A stretch of 32,000 nucleotides of DNA from Candidatus Saccharimonadota bacterium (lineage in GTDB: Bacteria; Patescibacteriota; Microgenomatia; UBA1406; GWC2-37-13): the NCBI GenBank assembly GCA_016432445.1, contig CP066689.1:720001-752000 (forward strand), in the 5' to 3' direction. Of this stretch, positions 1-8,040 are shown in pieces (positions within the stretch are counted from its first letter, which is position 1; each line of letters begins with the position of its first letter). The notes beneath the pieces are model-generated. The model saw nothing but the letters and a program-made list of their open reading frames with translations. It was not told where the DNA came from and ran no database searches. Both the position numbers and the translations under genes were made by a program.

Positions 1-46
1 TGATGATAAGGACAATGATGGAATTTCAGTGAATAAGGAGGACAAC

Positions 47-370
47 GTGAAAAAAAACACTATCTTCGTTGCTATTGGATACTATTTGGTGTCTGTAGGT
101 ATAGTATACCTACTCAATAGCAACGCATGGTGGCTACTGGCTCTTTCATCAGCTCTACTTGGGTTCATCTATTGGCTTTTCACCTTCGAAACATACGAAG
201 CCAATATCGTCTTGTGCGTCCTAACCGGTTCCTGCATATCTATTGGAGGAGACATCATAGCACACAATCTATCATTCCTCATATTGCTAGCTGTGTGTCC
301 TATCACTGCCTTCGTGTACGAGAAATCTGTCATACGAGCAGTACCTCCTCCCCAAAACTCGCCGTGTTAA
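47..370 (+). CDS. small integral membrane protein, unknown function
   Basis: Lies in ORF 29..370. The likely GTG start at 47 sits 5 nt after AAGGAGG (35-41). About three hydrophobic helices (FVAIGYYLVSVGIVYLL, WWLLALSSALLGFIYWLF, LSFLILLAVCPITAFV). No family recognised. Confidence 0.5.
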   Translation: MKKNTIFVAIGYYLVSVGIVYLLNSNAWWLLALSSALLGFIYWLFTFETYEANIVLCVLTGSCISIGGDIIAHNLSFLILLAVCPITAFVYEKSVIRAVPPPQNSPC

Positions 371-441
371 ATAACTTGCAGAAAGTGAGAAGTCCACCCT
401 TCTAACCGACTGCTAATCAAACTGATTGAAAGGAGAAGCAG

Positions 442-594
442 ATGAAATCAATCCTGGTCAATGTGGTAGCATGCCTTATCCTCGCGGGCTTTGTCGCTTT
501 AGGCATCTTCCTGTTCATAATTTCACCGGCCATTTTGGCGATAATGGCTCTGCTGGATATCGAGGTCGTACCCGAAGAACTATTTGAGACATAG
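442..594 (+). CDS. 50-aa hydrophobic peptide (MKSILVNVVACLILAGFVALGIFLFIISPAILAIMALLDIEVVPEELFET)
   Basis: Hand-translated and absent from the ORF track (too short). AGGAG at 431-435 lies 6 nt before the ATG. The sequence is essentially one or two TM helices. Confidence 0.4.
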   Translation: MKSILVNVVACLILAGFVALGIFLFIISPAILAIMALLDIEVVPEELFET

Positions 595-604
595 GAGGAA
601 CGAA

Positions 605-742
605 ATGGTACAACGCTGGAAGGATGTCATGTCCTGGTCGATCTTCTTTGGAATGCTTGACACCTTTTCTCACCGTTGTTCATCATTGGGAGAATACGCC
701 AAATCTTCAATGAACCATTCAACCCGTAAAGGAGAAAAATGA
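605..742 (+). CDS. 45-aa hypothetical peptide
   Basis: Hand-translated (MVQRWKDVMSWSIFFGMLDTFSHRCSSLGEYAKSSMNHSTRKGEK). AGGAGG at 593-598 lies 6 nt before the ATG. Its stop overlaps the next start in ATGA at 739-742, suggesting translational coupling. Confidence 0.3.
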   Translation: MVQRWKDVMSWSIFFGMLDTFSHRCSSLGEYAKSSMNHSTRKGEK

Positions 743-1068
743 AAAGACCATTAGACCTAGAAGAAAAACCCCAGCGACAAAGGCTACTGGAAAGGTCTCA
801 AGATTGGCTTGACCAATATATGGCCCCGGCTACCTTTGTCCTCGCATCTATTGGGCTATTACTAATCAGCGTCCTACTGTTTAAACTGGAGCTATTTGTC
901 TCTCTGCTCGGCAGCATCTGCGCGGGTCTTGTAATTGCGGTGATTGTATCCGTGCTTCAGTTCTACTCCGGTTATCTGAGAGAAAAGTTCAGCTTTCTCA
1001 GAAAATTGGAAGCGCTGGTTCCTCGACGATGGAAATTCTCTAGAAAAGAGCTCAACTCGGATTGGTAA
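739..1068 (+). CDS. two-TM membrane protein, unknown function
   Basis: 109-aa ORF with GGAG 4 nt upstream. Hydrophobic segments FVLASIGLLLISVLLF and LLGSICAGLVIAVIVSVLQF. No family recognised. Confidence 0.5.
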   Translation: MKRPLDLEEKPQRQRLLERSQDWLDQYMAPATFVLASIGLLLISVLLFKLELFVSLLGSICAGLVIAVIVSVLQFYSGYLREKFSFLRKLEALVPRRWKFSRKELNSDW

Positions 1069-1114
1069 TTTACTTGCAACTTTTCGCGCCTCGTGCCGGG
1101 TTAGTTTTAGATTA

Positions 1115-1153
1115 GACTGCTCTCCCGCAGTCTTCATGCCACCCACGGCATGA
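1115..1153 (+). terminator. two tandem short hairpins downstream of the 739..1068 gene
   Basis: Hairpin 1 is GACTGC (1115-1120) / GCAGTC (1127-1132). Hairpin 2 is TCATGCC (1134-1140) / GGCATGA (1147-1153). No clear U-tract follows, so terminator function is uncertain. Confidence 0.3.
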
Positions 1154-1184
1154 TCAATCTCTAATTAACTCGGCACTCATTCTC

Positions 1185-1281
1185 GATCTTAGATTTTAGA
1201 TGTTTGATCTTTGATTGATTGAAATGAAAACTAATTTGTTCTAATCTTATATCTAAGATCAAAGATCTAAGATCGAAGATC
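1185..1281. repeat. GATC-rich iteron-like imperfect inverted repeat
   Basis: GATCTTAGA (1185-1193) is the reverse complement of TCTAAGATC (1252-1260 and 1266-1274). GATCTTTGA (1206-1214) is the reverse complement of TCAAAGATC (1259-1267). There are six GATC sites in 97 bp, around an AT-rich spacer. Confidence 0.6.
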
Positions 1282-1290
1282 TTACTTAAT

Positions 1291-1803
1291 ATGGCTAAAG
1301 GACAGTTTTGGGATGATACATTTGAAAAATTAGCCGAACTTGGCGCCTCAACCGCAAAAAAAACCGGCCAGGCCGTAACCAAAACCTTCAATCCTTTACA
1401 GGCATTTGAACCGGCCGCACCAATACCTACTCCTGAAGAACAACAAAAACTTAATGAAGGAATGAAAAATAAAGACAACCACAGTAAGCTGGACTTTGAA
1501 AAACTTCAAAAAAAATATCAATATCAAGATGAACAAAAGGAAGATGCTTTAAGACAAAGATTATTTCAGCTTGTAAAAAACGACGAAAAAGAAGCTGTTG
1601 AACGCAATAAACAAGAGAAGGAGCAAAAAGAAAAGCAGGAACTCCAGGAACAGGAAGAAAAAAAGAAAAAACAGCAGGAAAGAATACAACAGGAACAATC
1701 AGCCGAAACTCCAAGAGGAAAAGAACGGAAAAGCATTTTCTCCAAGAAAAAACAAGCTCAAAAAGAACATGCCGAATATAAACCCTCTTCAGGAAAGCAA
1801 TAA
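1291..1803 (+). CDS. Lys/Glu/Gln-rich low-complexity (coiled-coil-like) protein, unknown function
   Basis: 170-aa ORF with a long KEQ-rich charged tract (EKEQKEKQELQEQEEKKKKQQERIQQEQ). The overlapping ORFs in other frames and strands look like shadows of this composition. Confidence 0.55.
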   Translation: MAKGQFWDDTFEKLAELGASTAKKTGQAVTKTFNPLQAFEPAAPIPTPEEQQKLNEGMKNKDNHSKLDFEKLQKKYQYQDEQKEDALRQRLFQLVKNDEKEAVERNKQEKEQKEKQELQEQEEKKKKQQERIQQEQSAETPRGKERKSIFSKKKQAQKEHAEYKPSSGKQ

Positions 1804-1834
1804 TTTAAATAATCTGGTAAAATAAAATGTACTA

Positions 1835-1908
1835 CGGGATGTAGTTCAGATGGCTAGAACACACGGTTCGGGACCGTGAGGCCGGCGGTTCAAGTCCGCC
1901 CATCCCGA
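1835..1908 (+). tRNA. tRNA-Pro (anticodon CGG)
   Basis: Hand-folded 74-nt cloverleaf. Acceptor CGGGATG/CATCCCG, D stem GTTC/GAAC, anticodon stem CACGG/CCGTG with loop TTCGGGA, T arm GGCGG-TTCAAGT-CCGCC, discriminator A. CCA is not encoded. Confidence 0.9.
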
Positions 1909-1913
1909 CACCA

Positions 1914-3122
1914 ATGAAAAAAATCCTTCTCATCCTTTCATTGATTTTTATATTTTTTCTAAGTCTTAATTACTTTTATCTTCAGTATATTTCTTATTTG
2001 CGAATAGAAAATAATCTACAAAAAAATATTAAGCAAATTCTTAGCGATATTAAATATGAAAACGGTAAATGGGACACTACATTATATTTTCAAGATACTA
2101 ACACTCCATTTGATAAGCCCTTATATATTTTTACTGATAGAGGATTCGTTATTGAGCGAATGAATCAAATCAATGGTTTTTTTGATACAGCCCAGTTTGA
2201 GTATTCCAACTCATTTAGCTCCCCAAAAACAGTTACTACACAAACAAACACTACCTGGAGAGTATACTCACTGCCTATTGAAAGAAATAAAAAAATTGAA
2301 GGAACCATACTAACCGCTTATTATGATCCTAATCTTCAAATACTATCCGACATAGATCAGCTTTTAGTTGAAAATGCACGACAAATTGATACTTTTATTG
2401 AGTTTAAAAACAATAAACTTAATGCTGATAAGCTTGACTCCAAAAATATTCATCACTCAATTTACTTTTCTGTTATTGATAGATTTAATAAAGTTATAAA
2501 AGAAGACGGAGCCCCACCGACTTTTATGGATAGAAGTTATGTCTCCAATGAATTACTGGTGACTAAATCCCGACAAATAATTGATAAAAAAACAGGGGAA
2601 CACTTTTTGGCATTATCTCAACCAATACTTGATAAAAATCAAAACACTATCGGAATAATAATTATTGCCAGTTCTTTAAAAAATATTAACTCAATTTTAA
2701 AAGATCAAAGAGATTTTTTAATTTTCAGCGGCAGCTTAGTTCTTATATTTATTTTGATCTTAATCGTTTATATATATAGTAAAAAAATACAAGCTATAAA
2801 ATATATTTCTCCAAATAAAATTTCCTTCGATAAAATAAACAGCTGTATTCTGCTTGATAATTACAGTATCCCTTTTGAGTATGCCAGCATTCAATACGAT
2901 TTATGTAAAACATTATTTGTCTCTCCCGGCAAACGGTGGGAGAATGATGAACTGCTGGAAAAAAACCGCATGGATGAAGACAATAGTCAACGAGTATTCT
3001 ATGATGCCTCTATAAGAATTAATAATAAGATTTTTGATAAAATTGGAACTAAGCTTATAATCTACAAAGATAAAACTTACACGATCAATCCTGATCTTCT
3101 TCTTAAGATAGTAAAGCTCTGA
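1914..3122 (+). CDS. membrane-anchored one-component regulator: TM, extracytoplasmic domain, TM, C-terminal OmpR/PhoB-type winged-helix-like domain
   Basis: 402 aa. N-terminal TM (ILLILSLIFIFFLSLNYFYL), then a roughly 250-aa Asn/Thr-rich domain, then a second TM (FLIFSGSLVLIFILILIVYIY). The C-terminal ~110 aa follows a Trans_reg_C-like pattern (YDLCKTLFVSPGKRWENDELL ... RVFYDASIRINNKIF ... LIIYKDKTYTINP). The domain call rests on motif memory, not a search. Confidence 0.5.
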   Translation: MKKILLILSLIFIFFLSLNYFYLQYISYLRIENNLQKNIKQILSDIKYENGKWDTTLYFQDTNTPFDKPLYIFTDRGFVIERMNQINGFFDTAQFEYSNSFSSPKTVTTQTNTTWRVYSLPIERNKKIEGTILTAYYDPNLQILSDIDQLLVENARQIDTFIEFKNNKLNADKLDSKNIHHSIYFSVIDRFNKVIKEDGAPPTFMDRSYVSNELLVTKSRQIIDKKTGEHFLALSQPILDKNQNTIGIIIIASSLKNINSILKDQRDFLIFSGSLVLIFILILIVYIYSKKIQAIKYISPNKISFDKINSCILLDNYSIPFEYASIQYDLCKTLFVSPGKRWENDELLEKNRMDEDNSQRVFYDASIRINNKIFDKIGTKLIIYKDKTYTINPDLLLKIVKL

Positions 3123-3129
3123 TATCTTT

Positions 3130-3168
3130 GTGACTCACATTGACTAAAAATTGACTCAAATTAACTCC
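3130..3168 (+). promoter_or_regulatory. four direct TTGACTNA-like repeats at 10-11 bp phasing (candidate operator / overlapping -35 array)
   Basis: GTGACTCA starts at 3130, TTGACTAA at 3140, TTGACTCA at 3151 and TTAACTCC at 3161. Spacings are 10, 11 and 10 bp. A possible -10 TAAATA lies at 3183-3188, and GGAGGTGA (3203-3210) precedes the ATG at 3220. Confidence 0.45.
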
Positions 3169-3219
3169 TTTTATTCTTGTAGTAAATAAAATACCAAAGC
3201 TTGGAGGTGATTTAACTTT

Positions 3220-3504
3220 ATGTCAATAATACTTTATGATGTAGTTATTGTTTTCAGAAGAGCTCACGGGTTTTGTGAATGCAATAAATCAGATCATTAT
3301 CACCAAGACAGATGTCAAAACCCAGTGCTTTGGAGAAGCCGGGGATTAAAATCGCATAAAGGGATATTGTTTGGATCATGGCAAATAAGCTACAAGATTC
3401 AGCCGGAAGAAGGCGGCCACAATAGTATTAAAAATATGCAGATTTTATGCAGTCAATGTGACCGGGAACTTAGAAAATATAGTCTCCGTTTTAAACAAAA
3501 GTGA
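3220..3504 (+). CDS. small HNH-like zinc-finger nuclease-family protein (possibly degenerate active site)
   Basis: 94 aa with good SD. Shows CxC...HxH...C and the HNH-core-like stretch YKIQPEEGGHNSIKNMQILCSQCD (GG-x5-N-x3-LC-xx-C). The position usually holding the catalytic His reads Tyr-Lys. Confidence 0.45.
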   Translation: MSIILYDVVIVFRRAHGFCECNKSDHYHQDRCQNPVLWRSRGLKSHKGILFGSWQISYKIQPEEGGHNSIKNMQILCSQCDRELRKYSLRFKQK

Positions 3505-3532
3505 ACGAATGTTTACTTGACTTTAAAAAATG

Positions 3533-3541
3533 TGCTACAAT
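3533..3541 (+). promoter_or_regulatory. extended -10 promoter (TGcTACAAT) 6 nt upstream of the rarA ATG
   Basis: TG at 3533-3534, TACAAT at 3536-3541, ATG at 3548. No SD fits in the gap, which implies a leaderless or near-leaderless mRNA. Confidence 0.4.
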
Positions 3542-3547
3542 ATTTTC

Positions 3548-4750
3548 ATGAACTTAAGCTATAGATTAAGACCCAAAAATTTGGATGAGTTTGTTGGTCA
3601 GTCTCATTTAGTTGGTAAAGATGGAATCATCCGCAAGATGATTGAAAGTAACTCGCTTTATTCAATTATATTTTGGGGACCTCCAGGATCAGGAAAAACT
3701 ACATTAGCCAAAATAATTGCCCAAAACTCCAATTCTGATTTTCATATTTTATCAGCTGTATCAACTGGTAAAGAGGATTTAAGAAAAATCATTCAAAATG
3801 CTCAAGATAACAAACTATTTGGCAAAAGAACAGTTCTTTTTATTGATGAAATTCACCGCTGGAATAAAGCTCAGCAAGATGCGCTTTTACCCAATGTAGA
3901 AAATGGGTTAATCACTCTTATCGGAGCCACAACGGAGAATCCTTCGTTTGAAGTCATCAGCGCTCTTTTATCCCGCTGCAGATTATTTGTTTTAAAAAGT
4001 TTAGAAGATCAGGATTTGGAAAAAATTGTTGATAAAGCTTTATCAAATACAGAAATGGGCGTGGGGAAGTACAAGAAAAAAATAAACAGTGAAGCAAAAG
4101 AATTACTGATCAGACTGTCAGGAGGAGATGCCCGCATTATACTTAATGCCTTGGAAATGGCAGTCACCACCTACAAAGAAAAAACAATTTCTCCAGAGAT
4201 TATAAAGCAAGTTTTTCAAACTAAATCAGCCGGCATTTATGATAAAAAGGCCGATGAACATTACAATATCATAAGCGCTTTCATAAAATCTGTCAGAGGT
4301 TCCGATCCTGATGCCGCCCTCTATTATTTAGCCCGTATGCTGGAAAATGGCGAAGATCCAAAATTTATTGCCAGGAGAATGATTATTCTGGCCTCGGAAG
4401 ATATTGGTATGGCTGATAGGGGAGCTTTGATACAGGCAAATATTGCTTTTGAAGCAGTTCATAAAGTAGGTATGCCTGAAGCACAACTTATCTTAGCTCA
4501 TATCGTTATTTACCTAGCTAAAGCACCTAAATCAAGAGTAGTTGCCAATGCTTTGGAAAAAGCAAAAGCGGCAGTTTATGAATTTCCCAATGAGCCGATT
4601 CCTTTACATCTAAGAAACGCAACGACCAAATTCATGAAAAATTTAGGGTACGCAAAAGATTATAAATGGAGTAAAGATTATGTCGGCCCCAAAAGTAATC
4701 TCTCATTTCTCCCCGAAAAACTCAAAAATAAAAAATTCTACGAACCGTAA
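3548..4750 (+). CDS. rarA: replication-associated recombination protein A (AAA+ ATPase RarA/MgsA)
   Basis: [17 protein letters not shown], Walker [12 protein letters not shown], Walker [31 protein letters not shown] and the C-terminal MgsA helical domain ([27 protein letters not shown]). Start taken at the second Met of ORF 3530..4750. Confidence 0.9.
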   Translation: MNLSYRLRPKNLDEFVGQSHLVGKDGIIRKMIESNSLYSIIFWGPPGSGKTTLAKIIAQNSNSDFHILSAVSTGKEDLRKIIQNAQDNKLFGKRTVLFIDEIHRWNKAQQDALLPNVENGLITLIGATTENPSFEVISALLSRCRLFVLKSLEDQDLEKIVDKALSNTEMGVGKYKKKINSEAKELLIRLSGGDARIILNALEMAVTTYKEKTISPEIIKQVFQTKSAGIYDKKADEHYNIISAFIKSVRGSDPDAALYYLARMLENGEDPKFIARRMIILASEDIGMADRGALIQANIAFEAVHKVGMPEAQLILAHIVIYLAKAPKSRVVANALEKAKAAVYEFPNEPIPLHLRNATTKFMKNLGYAKDYKWSKDYVGPKSNLSFLPEKLKNKKFYEP

Positions 4751-4751
4751 C

Positions 4752-4833
4752 TGTCATTGCGAGCGAACAAAGTGAGCGCGGTAATCTAATGACCTGCGGA
4801 TTGCTTCGGTCATTACATTCCCTCGCAATGACA
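4752..4833. repeat. nested palindromic element (GTCATTGCGAG family), probable bidirectional terminator
   Basis: Outer 12-bp perfect stem TGTCATTGCGAG (4752-4763) / CTCGCAATGACA (4822-4833). Inner 8-bp stem TAATGACC (4787-4794) / GGTCATTA (4808-4815). It sits between the rarA stop and the cysS promoter. It is G+C-richer than its surroundings. Confidence 0.65.
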
Positions 4834-4872
4834 CTCGTTGTTTATCAGATGTTTTTGATATAAAATAAGGTT

Positions 4873-6279
4873 ATGTATTTATATAATTCTCTCACTAGAA
4901 AAATAGAGGAATTTAAACCACTCAAACCTCAGGAAGTTAATATATATGTCTGCGGACTTACAGTTTACGACTTTGCCCATATCGGCAATATGCGCTCCTA
5001 CAGTAATAGTGATTTTTTGAAAAGAACCTTGCTTTATCTTGGCTACAAAGTAAACCACGTGATGAATATAACTGATGTAGGTCACCTTACAGGAGATGAT
5101 GACAGCGGCGAAGATAAGCTGGAAAAACAGGCAAAAAAAACCAAAAAAACTGTTTGGGAAGTGGCTGAGTTTTATACTGATTTCTTCTTAAAAACTTTAA
5201 AAGAACTTAATATATTGTTACCGGATGTACTAAGCAAAGCAACTGATCATATCCCTGAAATGGTAGCCTTCATAAAAAAGCTCGAGGAAAAAGGTTTTAC
5301 TTACGAGACTAATGAAGCGGTTTATTTTGATGTTTCTAAATTCAAAGGTTATGGAAAACTTTCTGGACAAAAGCTTGAAGAAAAATTAAAAGGAGCGAGA
5401 GAGGAAGTTTATGTTGATCCTAAAAAAAAACATCCTGCAGATTTTGCTTTATGGTTTAAAAGAATCGGCCGATTTGCTAATCATCAAATGCATTGGGAAT
5501 CTCCATGGGGTGAGGGTTTCCCAGGATGGCACATCGAGTGTTCGGCTATGAGCATGAAATATTTGGGTCAGACCATTGACATTCATGCCGGAGGTGTTGA
5601 TCATTTGGCAGTTCATCATGAAGATGAGATTGCTCAGTCCGAAGCTTTAACAGGGAAACAGTTTGTAAATTACTGGTTTCATAATAACTTTCTTCTTGTT
5701 GAAAATCAAAAAATGAGCAAGTCATTGGGAAACTTTTTTACCATCGAAGATACTCAAAAAAAAGGAATTGACCCTCTAGCTTTAAGACTTCTTTTCCTGC
5801 AAACTCATTATCGGTCAATGATGAACTTTACCTGGGACTCAGCCAAAGGATCTAATGAAGCCTTAAACAAATTAAAAGAACAAGTAGTCATGCTGAGAAA
5901 ACAAACTGACCGAACTACTCTTTCTCAGGAAAAATACAAAAAAATTGAAGAATACCGTGACCGGTTTATCGCGGCCATATCAAATGATTTGCAAACTTCA
6001 GCCGCAGTCGCCATCATGTGGGAAATGCTTAAATCAAACGTACCATCCCCTGATAAACTTGACCTTTTGCTTGAGTTTGACCAAGTTTTCGGCCTTAAAC
6101 TTGCCGAAGTTGAAGAAGAAAAAATACCGGAAGATATTGTTAAACTGGCAGAAGAACGACAACAGATGAGAGTAGAGAAAAGGTATGAGGAAACCGACAG
6201 ATTAAGAAAAGAAATTGAATCAAAAGGCTACACAGTCGAAGACACCCCTGAGGGTTTCAGAATTAAGCGGCTAAAATAG
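4873..6279 (+). CDS. cysS: cysteine--tRNA ligase
   Basis: Class I signatures HIGN (FAHIGNMRSY) and KMSKS (QKMSKSLGN). Also the CysRS-typical GLTVYD, WHIECS and C-terminal anticodon-binding/coiled region. 468 aa. Confidence 0.95.
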   Translation: MYLYNSLTRKIEEFKPLKPQEVNIYVCGLTVYDFAHIGNMRSYSNSDFLKRTLLYLGYKVNHVMNITDVGHLTGDDDSGEDKLEKQAKKTKKTVWEVAEFYTDFFLKTLKELNILLPDVLSKATDHIPEMVAFIKKLEEKGFTYETNEAVYFDVSKFKGYGKLSGQKLEEKLKGAREEVYVDPKKKHPADFALWFKRIGRFANHQMHWESPWGEGFPGWHIECSAMSMKYLGQTIDIHAGGVDHLAVHHEDEIAQSEALTGKQFVNYWFHNNFLLVENQKMSKSLGNFFTIEDTQKKGIDPLALRLLFLQTHYRSMMNFTWDSAKGSNEALNKLKEQVVMLRKQTDRTTLSQEKYKKIEEYRDRFIAAISNDLQTSAAVAIMWEMLKSNVPSPDKLDLLLEFDQVFGLKLAEVEEEKIPEDIVKLAEERQQMRVEKRYEETDRLRKEIESKGYTVEDTPEGFRIKRLK

Positions 6280-6438
6280 CAGACAACCGCTAAGAGTGCT
6301 AATCTGACTTGTGTTTACGATTGGAGCCTCACAACAAGCCTTTCTCTCATATTCGTATAAATTCATACATCAATAAATCTTCTTAAGCATATCTACTCCT
6401 TCCAAACTTTAAATAATAATCCGCTACTATTCGCATTA

Positions 6439-6447
6439 TGGTAAAAT
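6439..6447 (+). promoter_or_regulatory. extended -10 promoter (TGgTAAAAT) for tRNA-His
   Basis: TG at 6439-6440 and TAAAAT at 6442-6447, 9 nt before G-1 of the tRNA at 6457. Confidence 0.4.
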
Positions 6448-6456
6448 ATTCATATT

Positions 6457-6529
6457 GGTGATTGTAGCTCAATGGTAGAGCACCGCCCTGTGGAGGCGGG
6501 TGTTGCGGGTTCGAGTCCCGTCAGTCACC
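6457..6529 (+). tRNA. tRNA-His (anticodon GTG) with encoded G-1 and C73
   Basis: Hand-folded. G-1 at 6457, acceptor GTGATTG/CAGTCAC (one T-G wobble), D stem GCTC/GAGC. Anticodon stem CCGCC/GGCGG with loop CTGTGGA. T arm GCGGG-TTCGAGT-CCCGT (one G-T wobble), discriminator C. Confidence 0.9.
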
Positions 6530-8040
6530 CATAACGAGGGGTCAACAGTTTCAAACTGCTTGATTAGCTTGAAGCAAGGAGATAAAGCATCGGTTCTAAA
6601 TCCAGGATATGTGTAAACAACATTTTTTGGGAAAATAGAACCAAGTAGAACTCTTCTTTGTTGTAGACTCCCTTCAAGCCATGCTTTATCTACATTCCAT
6701 AAGAAGTCGTTCATAAAATTTACTACGATATCAATATCTACTTCTTGTAATTTAGCTTCACTTTTTTGGCTCTTTTGAACAAGAAGTTCATCTTCGATCA
6801 ATTCTAATTGTTCATTAAATATCTCATCTGTATAAACACCTCTAAGATGTTTTGCCACCAATCGTTTTCTAACCTCATGTAAAGCGCTAATTTCTTCCTC
6901 AAAGGATCTATACCTATTAGCTAAATGAGAATATCGTATTTCCCATTTTTCTTTTACCATCTCTGTAAACAGCTTTACTAGTTCCTGTTTTGGTTCTGCA
7001 TACCTCAAAAATACCACAAAATCGGTCTCAAAATCATCTTTTGGTATAGATGGACTATGGTGCTTACCACTAACACAATAATAATATGCATATTTACCTC
7101 CATTACCTCTACTAAAAGAACCTGTCATAGGTAGGCCACATTTATCACATAGGACACCTCGTAATGGAAAGATTTCATTTTGTCTATTGTGTTTTATCCC
7201 ATTAGTAAAAGATCTACCATTAATAATTGACTGAACCTTATAAAAAAGATCTTCTGAAATCATAGGAATATGTTTGCCGATTTTATCAATATTAAATACC
7301 TTACTCACGACATAGCCACAATAAAATTTATCTCGGAATATTCTTTGGGTTTGCTGATCACGAGTAATAGGAATCTTATTATTACCATAATTAATATAAA
7401 CCCCTAATTTATTCATAAAAGGCACGATACTAGCTAAGGAATAAGCGCCTGTTCCCATTTCTTCCCATGATTTTTTCACTAATTCAAATTGTTCAGTATC
7501 AGGTTCAATTACTTGTCTATTGTCTCTTGATAAATTTAAATAACCAACTGGAGCTTTACCGGTAGCCCAACCTTCTTCTAAACGTTTACGAATGCCATCT
7601 TTCGTCCTTACTCCCTTTGTAGCATTATCCAATTTTGCTACCGCCGCAAGAAGGGTTTCTAAAAACTCACCTGTGGGATTATTTTCTGTAGGCTCAGTAA
7701 CTGAAATTATTCTTATTCCATATTCAGCTAACCGTTTTTTTATTGCAAGGAAATCATAAGTTTCACGACTAATCCTATCTATTTTATATATGTAAACAGC
7801 AGATATTTCAGATTTATTTTTTCTACAATCTTCTAGAAGTTTTAATAATTCAGGTCGATTAATTGTTTTTGCACTAACACCTTCTTCTCTATAAACATTT
7901 ATTAAATCGTACCCTTGTCTTTCTGCTTCTCTTTTACAATAGTCATATTGATTATCAAGACTGAAGTTAGATACTTGTTCCTCTGAACTAACACGAAGAT
8001 AGGCATAGGCCTTTTTAATCATAATTCCATTATCTACCAT
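6469..8040 (-). CDS. large serine recombinase (integrase)
   Basis: N-terminal resolvase domain with a catalytic-Ser motif (AYAYLRVSSEEQ; YKIDRISR). Central recombinase domain, Cys-rich zinc ribbon (CDKCGLPMTG ... YAYYYC) and a coiled-coil C-terminal region. The last ~20 codons are antisense to tRNA-His. Confidence 0.9.
   Translation of the reverse strand: MVDNGIMIKKAYAYLRVSSEEQVSNFSLDNQYDYCKREAERQGYDLINVYREEGVSAKTINRPELLKLLEDCRKNKSEISAVYIYKIDRISRETYDFLAIKKRLAEYGIRIISVTEPTENNPTGEFLETLLAAVAKLDNATKGVRTKDGIRKRLEEGWATGKAPVGYLNLSRDNRQVIEPDTEQFELVKKSWEEMGTGAYSLASIVPFMNKLGVYINYGNNKIPITRDQQTQRIFRDKFYCGYVVSKVFNIDKIGKHIPMISEDLFYKVQSIINGRSFTNGIKHNRQNEIFPLRGVLCDKCGLPMTGSFSRGNGGKYAYYYCVSGKHHSPSIPKDDFETDFVVFLRYAEPKQELVKLFTEMVKEKWEIRYSHLANRYRSFEEEISALHEVRKRLVAKHLRGVYTDEIFNEQLELIEDELLVQKSQKSEAKLQEVDIDIVVNFMNDFLWNVDKAWLEGSLQQRRVLLGSIFPKNVVYTYPGFRTDALSPCFKLIKQFETVDPSLWVTDGTRTRNTRLHRAVLYH

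Noticed and set aside
127-405. Alternative-frame ORF 127..405 (+) and antisense ORF 892..1146 (-)
   Set aside because: Both lie largely within (overlap most of) better-supported SD-preceded membrane-protein frames. Their products are Arg/His/Ser-rich with no protein-like pattern.
1152-1290. The GATC cluster as the chromosomal replication origin (oriC)
   Set aside because: No DnaA-box-like 9-mers (TTATCCACA variants) are present and there is no adjacent dnaA, dnaN or gidA. The repeats are better described as a local operator or iteron array.
1161-1825. ORFs 1161..1478(-), 1451..1714(-) and 1598..1825(+) overlapping the K/E-rich gene
   Set aside because: These are shadow frames produced by the purine-rich low-complexity sequence of the 1291..1803 gene. 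They have implausible compositions (poly-F/L or poly-K/R/N) and no start context.
6546-6558. Near-palindrome CAGTTTCAAACTG just inside the recombinase 3' end as the attP/attL core
   Set aside because: It is plausible as a half-site pair. However, it is a single short imperfect palindrome inside coding sequence and cannot be told from chance without a comparable attR or attB sequence.
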